Under the pieces are notes generated by a model. That model was not told the origin of the DNA, ran no database searches, and was given only the letters and a program-made list of their open reading frames with translations. Position numbers and translations under genes: made by a program. Of a DNA stretch of 64,000 nucleotides, positions 59,056-64,000 are shown one piece after another (position 1 is the stretch's first letter; every line of letters starts with the position of its first letter). This stretch comes from Polyangiales bacterium. GTDB lineage: Bacteria > Myxococcota_A > Polyangia > Polyangiales > Polyangiaceae. Location: positions 256,001 to 320,000 of the forward strand of contig JBBRLQ010000004.1 in the NCBI GenBank assembly GCA_038231275.1, given 5' to 3'.

Positions 59056-60138
59056 TCAGCTCGGCAAGCGCGCGGCGATGCCGGTGGTCGACAAACCCTC
59101 GACCAGCGGCAAGAACTCGATCCGGCCGCCGTACGCGCGCACGACCTCGGCCTCCGGGATCGGCGCTCCGTTGGGCGGCGCGTAGTCGGCCCCCTTGCAG
59201 TGCACGTCGGGCTTCAGGCGCGCGAGCACGTCGGACGGCGTGGGCTCCGAGAACGGCAGGACGAAATCGACCATCTCGAGCGCCTCCAAGACCTGCACGC
59301 GCTGATCGAGCGGGTTGATCGGGCGCCCCTCCCCTTTCGTGCGGCGCACGTGCGCGTCGTCGTTCACGCCGACGATGAGCGCGTGGCCGAGGCGGCGCGC
59401 GGCGCGGAGGCTCGAGACGTGACCGGCGTGAAGGATGTCGAAGCAGCCGTTGGTCCACACGACGGTGCGCCCCGCGCGCGCGAGGTCTTCGCGAATCGGG
59501 AGAAGCGCGTCGAGCGTGATGCGCTTGGTCGCCGGGTCTTTGGGGTGCGCGGGGAGGACGCCGTCGCAGAGATCCGCCTCGAGGATGCCGCACCAGATGT
59601 GGCCGATCGTGATGTGGCACTCCTGGATGCGCGCGGTGTCCTTCGACGGGACGAGCACGCCGCCGTCGCACTCGTCGACGAACGCCTGGCCGCTCGCGCC
59701 GGTGAGGCCGATCGTCTTCATGCCGATCGCCTTGGCCGCGCGCACGGCGCGGAGGACGCTCTCGGAGCGGCCGCTCGTGGTGATCGCGACGAGCACGTCG
59801 CCGGGGCGCCCGAGCGCCTGCACCTGGCGCTCGAAGACGTGCGCGTAGCCGAAGTCATTTGCGATCGCGGTGAGGGCGGAGGTGTCGACGGTGAGCGCGA
59901 TGGCAGGGAGCGGCTTGCGATCGGCGACGAAGCGGCCAACGAGCTCGGCGGCGATGTGCTGCGCGTCCGCGGCGCTGCCGCCGTTGCCGAGGATGAGGAG
60001 CTTGCCGCCGCTCCCGAGCGATGCGAGGAGGAGCGTCGCGCACGCGTCGATCGATGCGCTCGCTCCTTCGAGGGTGCGCCGGAGCTGCGCCCCGTCGCGG
60101 AGCACGTACCGAATCCAAGCCACGTGAGAGGCCGCCAT
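59056..60138 (-). CDS. gmhA: Fusion of sedoheptulose-7-phosphate isomerase and heptose-1-phosphate adenylyltransferase (HldE C-half)
   Basis: GNGGSAADAQH, TAIANDFG, ARIQECHI, then TNGCFDILHAGH, KGADY, GLSTT in one frame; ATG 60138. Confidence 0.92.
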   Translation of the reverse strand: MAASHVAWIRYVLRDGAQLRRTLEGASASIDACATLLLASLGSGGKLLILGNGGSAADAQHIAAELVGRFVADRKPLPAIALTVDTSALTAIANDFGYAHVFERQVQALGRPGDVLVAITTSGRSESVLRAVRAAKAIGMKTIGLTGASGQAFVDECDGGVLVPSKDTARIQECHITIGHIWCGILEADLCDGVLPAHPKDPATKRITLDALLPIREDLARAGRTVVWTNGCFDILHAGHVSSLRAARRLGHALIVGVNDDAHVRRTKGEGRPINPLDQRVQVLEALEMVDFVLPFSEPTPSDVLARLKPDVHCKGADYAPPNGAPIPEAEVVRAYGGRIEFLPLVEGLSTTGIAARLPS

Positions 60139-60198
60139 TTCGCGGCACTTTAGCATACGGCTCGACGCCTCGCCGCCACGCTCGGGCTAGGACGTTGC

Positions 60199-61914
60199 CT
60201 ACGGAATCGGCGCGTCGAGCGCGGCCGCGAGCTCTTCGATGTCGGCGCCGTCGTCGACTTTGCGAACGCCGGCCTGTACCGCGCGCATCCGCATCTCGCA
60301 GACGCCCATCTCCACGCGCTGGCGACGCTCGACCTCGGCCGGCGTCGCGCGGTCGAGCGGCGTCTTCCTCGGCCGGAGCACCCACGACGGGTGCGCGATC
60401 CACCCGACGACCGGCGGCGGCTCGCGATCGTCGAGGCGCTGGGCAACGAAGTAGTTTCGCATCACGAGCTCGTACAGCTCGCTCTTCCTGCCGAGCACCG
60501 GCTCGAGCGACAGCTCCGGGAACTCGTCGATCACGTACGCCGCATACGCGCGCGCACGGAGCTTCTGCGCAAGATCGTCCGGCACGCCCATGTCGGCGCG
60601 GAACACGTCCATCATCGCCATGATGTGAAAATGCCGCGGGTGGGTGAGGTTCCCGCGTCCGTGGACGATGACCTCGCCCCCCTTCTCGAGCTCGCGCACG
60701 CGCGCTTCGACGATCTTCGCGTCGCGCACGCGTCCTTCGTTGGGGGCCGCCTCACCGGGATCGTAAAGGAGGGACATGAGCTGAGCGAGCGCGACCGCGG
60801 CGAGGAGGCCAGGCACGAGCGGGCCTTTGCTCTCTTTCGCGAGGCGCGACGCGCCGACCCCGAACGCGATCGCGCCGAAGGTCGTAAGAAAGACGAGGAC
60901 GTTGACGTAGCCGCCGATGTGCATCCGGCTCGTCGCCGACGTGAAGAGACCCGCGGCGACGAACGCGCCGAAGAGCGCCTCCGTGCGATCAATCGCGACG
61001 CGCCGTCGAAGGGCGGCGACGACGGTGCCCGCGAACGCGAGGAGAACCGCGATCGTCGCCATGAAGAGCGCGAATCCCTTGCCGCCGTCGACCACGAAGA
61101 AGAGCGACGCCAGCTCGCTGCGGACGCCGTGGGCCGCCGGCATCTTGACGCAGTAGTACCAAAACCAGCCGTCGGTCTTGGCGTTCAGGATCGCGACACC
61201 GGGCACCAGTACGAGCGCGCCGCCCGCCGCGATCGCCGCCGCCACGCGCGGACGACGCGCGAGGATCATCGCGAGCACCGCCGCGATCAAGAACACGCTC
61301 GCCGGTTGCTTCGCGAAGAGCGCCCCGCCGAGGAGCGCGCCAACGACGACCGACGCAAGCGCCCCTTCCCGTTCGAGCGCGATCACGAACGCGACGCCGA
61401 GCATCGCGATCACGAGCGAGTCGCTTCGATCGAGATCGTACCAATAGCCCGTCAGCGAGTACGCGCCGAAGAAGAGCGACGTCGCGACGAGCGCCCAGTA
61501 CGTGCTCTTGCCGAGCGCGCGCGTCGCGCGAAATACCGCCAATGCAGCGATGACCGTCGCGATGACCGAGACGAGTCGCCCGGCCGACATGATCGGCATC
61601 GCGCGCGCGACGATCGCCGTCAGCCAATAGTGGAGAGGCGGATAGACATACGGCACGAACGAAGCACTCGGCGCCACGTAGATCGGCTGCCCCGCCATGA
61701 CGCGCTCGACGTGATCGGCCACGCCGCCGCTCATCCACTCCAGCTCCACGGGAAAGAGGAAGCGCCGGATGACGACGAGCATGAAGAACGCGACGTGCAC
61801 TCCTCCCACGATCAGAGGAGCAAACGCGAGGGCGTGCGACCAGGTGACCCACCTCCGCCACGACGCCGCGGCAGGCGGCGACACCTCCACGATCCCGGCC
61901 GGCTCGGTGGTCAC
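60199..61914 (-). CDS. GT-C-fold membrane glycosyltransferase, homolog of 45219-46745
   Basis: ELEWMSG, YPPLHY, YDLDRSD, FAKQP, TDGWFW, GGYVN; start uncertain (GTG 61914 or ATG 61977). Confidence 0.7.
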   Translation of the reverse strand: MTTEPAGIVEVSPPAAASWRRWVTWSHALAFAPLIVGGVHVAFFMLVVIRRFLFPVELEWMSGGVADHVERVMAGQPIYVAPSASFVPYVYPPLHYWLTAIVARAMPIMSAGRLVSVIATVIAALAVFRATRALGKSTYWALVATSLFFGAYSLTGYWYDLDRSDSLVIAMLGVAFVIALEREGALASVVVGALLGGALFAKQPASVFLIAAVLAMILARRPRVAAAIAAGGALVLVPGVAILNAKTDGWFWYYCVKMPAAHGVRSELASLFFVVDGGKGFALFMATIAVLLAFAGTVVAALRRRVAIDRTEALFGAFVAAGLFTSATSRMHIGGYVNVLVFLTTFGAIAFGVGASRLAKESKGPLVPGLLAAVALAQLMSLLYDPGEAAPNEGRVRDAKIVEARVRELEKGGEVIVHGRGNLTHPRHFHIMAMMDVFRADMGVPDDLAQKLRARAYAAYVIDEFPELSLEPVLGRKSELYELVMRNYFVAQRLDDREPPPVVGWIAHPSWVLRPRKTPLDRATPAEVERRQRVEMGVCEMRMRAVQAGVRKVDDGADIEELAAALDAPIP

Positions 61915-62061
61915 GGGAGGGGACGTACCACCGAGCCAATTGCACGTGCAAGGCCGCGGAATTGGCGATTCCGCCATGACAACGCGATCACGGGCACGGT
62001 ACGGCGCGCGGGCGCGTTTCCGCATTCCCGCGGAGGAACGAACCTTGCTGAGGGGCGGCTC

Positions 62062-63345
62062 ATGCGGCTCATGCGGTCGGTCCCGGCACTTCTCCTCGGC
62101 GCGCTCGTCGCGGCCTGCGGATCGTCGCCGGAGCAGGCCCCCGTGCCGTACATCGCCGAGAAGCTTCCGTGGGCCCACGCACCAATCGCGCCGGCTCTGA
62201 CCGTCAAGGCCGCCCGCGCGACGAAGCTCTGCCAGCTGATCGGCGATCACGATCTGGCGCGTGACAAGGGCATCGCCAACCACACTTCGGACCGCTTCGG
62301 CGTCCTCGGAACCGATCTCGGCATCTCGGTCGAGCGCGACGGCGAGATTGCGTTTCTGTTCGGCGACACCTGGAACCGCGGCGATCTCGTTCGGACGTTC
62401 GGCACCGACTCGTTCGCGACGCTACCCGTCGGCTCGAAGGCGATGGACGCGTGCTGCCACCTCACCTTCGCGCGCGATCCGAAGGACGGCGGCTTCGCGG
62501 GCATCACGCTCGACGGCCGTGTCTTGCCGGCCTTCGAGGTCCCGACCGGCGCCTACGCGACCGCGCACCACCTCTACGCGTTCTTCACCGTCGCCGACGC
62601 TGCCGGGCACACGATCGGCGATCGCGGCGGCCACGGAGTCCTGGCGCGCTCGAACGGCGACGAGCACTTCGAGACCGTGCGCGACGTGTCGGCCGACGGC
62701 GAGCGCTTCAACATGGTGTCGGCGGCGACCGTCGCGGGCGGCACCTACGCGGACCTTCCCGGCGACTGGGCGTCGCGCGATCTCGTCCTCGCGTACGGCA
62801 CGGGGCACTACCGCGAGAGCTTCCCGCGCCTCGCCCTCGCGCAAGCCAACCACCCGGACCAGGCGTGGCTCTACTTCGCGGGGTTCGACGCGAACGGCGG
62901 CCCTGAATTTTCGGTGAGCGAAGAGAGCGCGATGCCGCTCTTCCCCGATCACGCGACCCAAGCGTGCGTCGGCGAGATGAGCGTCGCGTGGGCACCGCAC
63001 GTCGCGCAGTGGCTCATGACGTACAACTGTCGCGGTAAGATCCTGATGCGCGCGGCGCCAAAGCCGTGGGGGCCGTGGTCGCAGTCGACGGTGATCTTCG
63101 ACAAAAAGGCGTCCGAGTCGGCGGGAGTTCTCCATAGGCCATGCGCGCGGTTCGCGGCGCCGTGCGACGACGCGAGCTTCTCGCCGCAGTTCGGCGGTGA
63201 CGTCGCGGGCGATCCCTACGCGCCGTACATGGTCCCGCGCCTCTTCTCGTCGGACGCGCCGGGCGAGGAGCGCGTCGTCTTCACGATGTCGACGTGGAAC
63301 CCGTACACGACGCAGCTGATGGAAGCGAAGATCACGCTCCAGTAG
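62062..63345 (+). CDS. DUF4185 (GH183-like) beta-propeller glycoside hydrolase lipoprotein
   Basis: Lipobox VAAC; GTDLG...LFGDTW, VGEMSV, PWGPWS, YAPY...MSTWNPY. Confidence 0.75.
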   Translation: MRLMRSVPALLLGALVAACGSSPEQAPVPYIAEKLPWAHAPIAPALTVKAARATKLCQLIGDHDLARDKGIANHTSDRFGVLGTDLGISVERDGEIAFLFGDTWNRGDLVRTFGTDSFATLPVGSKAMDACCHLTFARDPKDGGFAGITLDGRVLPAFEVPTGAYATAHHLYAFFTVADAAGHTIGDRGGHGVLARSNGDEHFETVRDVSADGERFNMVSAATVAGGTYADLPGDWASRDLVLAYGTGHYRESFPRLALAQANHPDQAWLYFAGFDANGGPEFSVSEESAMPLFPDHATQACVGEMSVAWAPHVAQWLMTYNCRGKILMRAAPKPWGPWSQSTVIFDKKASESAGVLHRPCARFAAPCDDASFSPQFGGDVAGDPYAPYMVPRLFSSDAPGEERVVFTMSTWNPYTTQLMEAKITLQ

Positions 63346-63356
63346 CGCGCGACCGA

Positions 63357-64000
63357 TCAGCGAGCGTCGGCCGAGACGACGAGGATGTCGCCCGCTTCGA
63401 GCGCGTCGGCTACGAGATCGGCACGCTCGACGCGCACGAAGCCCGCCGCGCGCTCGCGCCACACGAACACGCGCGCGTCCGGCGCGACTCCCGCGGCGGC
63501 GAGCGTGGCCGCGGCCGTGCCGACCGGGAGCTCCGCGACGCGCGGCGCGTCTCCCGCGACGACGACCGTGCTCGGTGGCGGCGCGACGCGCACGACGCGG
63601 AGGCCGGCACTCTCACGCCCCGCCTTGCCGAGCTCTGCGGAGAGGGCCGCGCGCGCCTCGTCCTCCGTGAGCCCTCCGACGTCGACCTTCGCGACTCCCG
63701 GCAGCGCGACGAGCCCCTCCTCATCCACGGCGTACGCCCCGGCGAGCGGCGCGGCGATTCCGGACAGCGCGACGTGTTCGAGCGGCCGCACGCGATCGAG
63801 ACGCACCGGCGATTCGGTGAAGCGTCCCGACCGGTGTACCGTCTTCGGCATCTCGTGCGCGAAGCGGCGAAGCGCGACGATAACGTCCGGATAGGTCGCC
63901 GGATCGGTGGCGTAGATCGAGACCGTGGGGAACGCCGGCGAGCGGTTGTTCTCGATGCGCCACCGCCCGACGCGAAGCCACCGCGCGGGGAACCCCTCAG
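63357..64000 (-). CDS. Partial CDS ending in a polysaccharide-export (Wza Poly_export/SLBB-like) domain
   Basis: Frame stays open to the window edge; YAVDEEGLVALPGVAKVDVGGLTEDEA and LEAGDILVV. Confidence 0.6.
   Translation of the reverse strand, partial: EGFPARWLRVGRWRIENNRSPAFPTVSIYATDPATYPDVIVALRRFAHEMPKTVHRSGRFTESPVRLDRVRPLEHVALSGIAAPLAGAYAVDEEGLVALPGVAKVDVGGLTEDEARAALSAELGKAGRESAGLRVVRVAPPPSTVVVAGDAPRVAELPVGTAAATLAAAGVAPDARVFVWRERAAGFVRVERADLVADALEAGDILVVSADAR

Noticed and set aside
59075-59110. Adenylyltransferase making CDP/UDP-heptose
   Set aside because: From recollection, broadened nucleotide use is linked to Arg in the (F/L)xxGRSTT motif; here it reads LVEGLSTT, so there is no support

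Overview
This is a high-GC bacterial chromosomal window. Gene content (PilZ-Hsp70, Ser/Thr kinases, DUF4388 regulator, Cys-rich lipoproteins, Pro/Thr linkers) points to Myxococcota, probably Polyangiales (inference). No rRNA, tRNA, CRISPR array, integrase or transposase was seen. The window has three blocks. (1) 1.0-17.1 kb is a candidate synthase-dependent exopolysaccharide system: a translationally coupled GT2 synthase - histidine kinase - receiver - giant HEAT protein - six-hairpin glycosidase-like operon, a divergent TPR/beta-barrel exporter, a head-to-head pair of CE4 deacetylase lipoproteins (one with three catalytic His replaced by Arg) and an adjacent PilZ-Hsp70. (2) 17-45 kb is mixed housekeeping and regulatory DNA: an orphan FliS-like gene with a sigma28-type promoter, GH35, M1 peptidase, glgA, RluA, a TRASH-ParA/RHH pair, purH, a stand-alone sigma4 protein with a MerR-like partner and palindromic operator, a peptide ABC cluster, kinases and SPFH. 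(3) 45-64 kb is a surface-glycan island with six GT-C-like membrane proteins, GT9, a methyltransferase, ADP-heptose genes (GmhA-adenylyltransferase fusion) and a DUF4185 hydrolase. All calls come from motif reading without database searches, and several start codons were re-assigned by eye.
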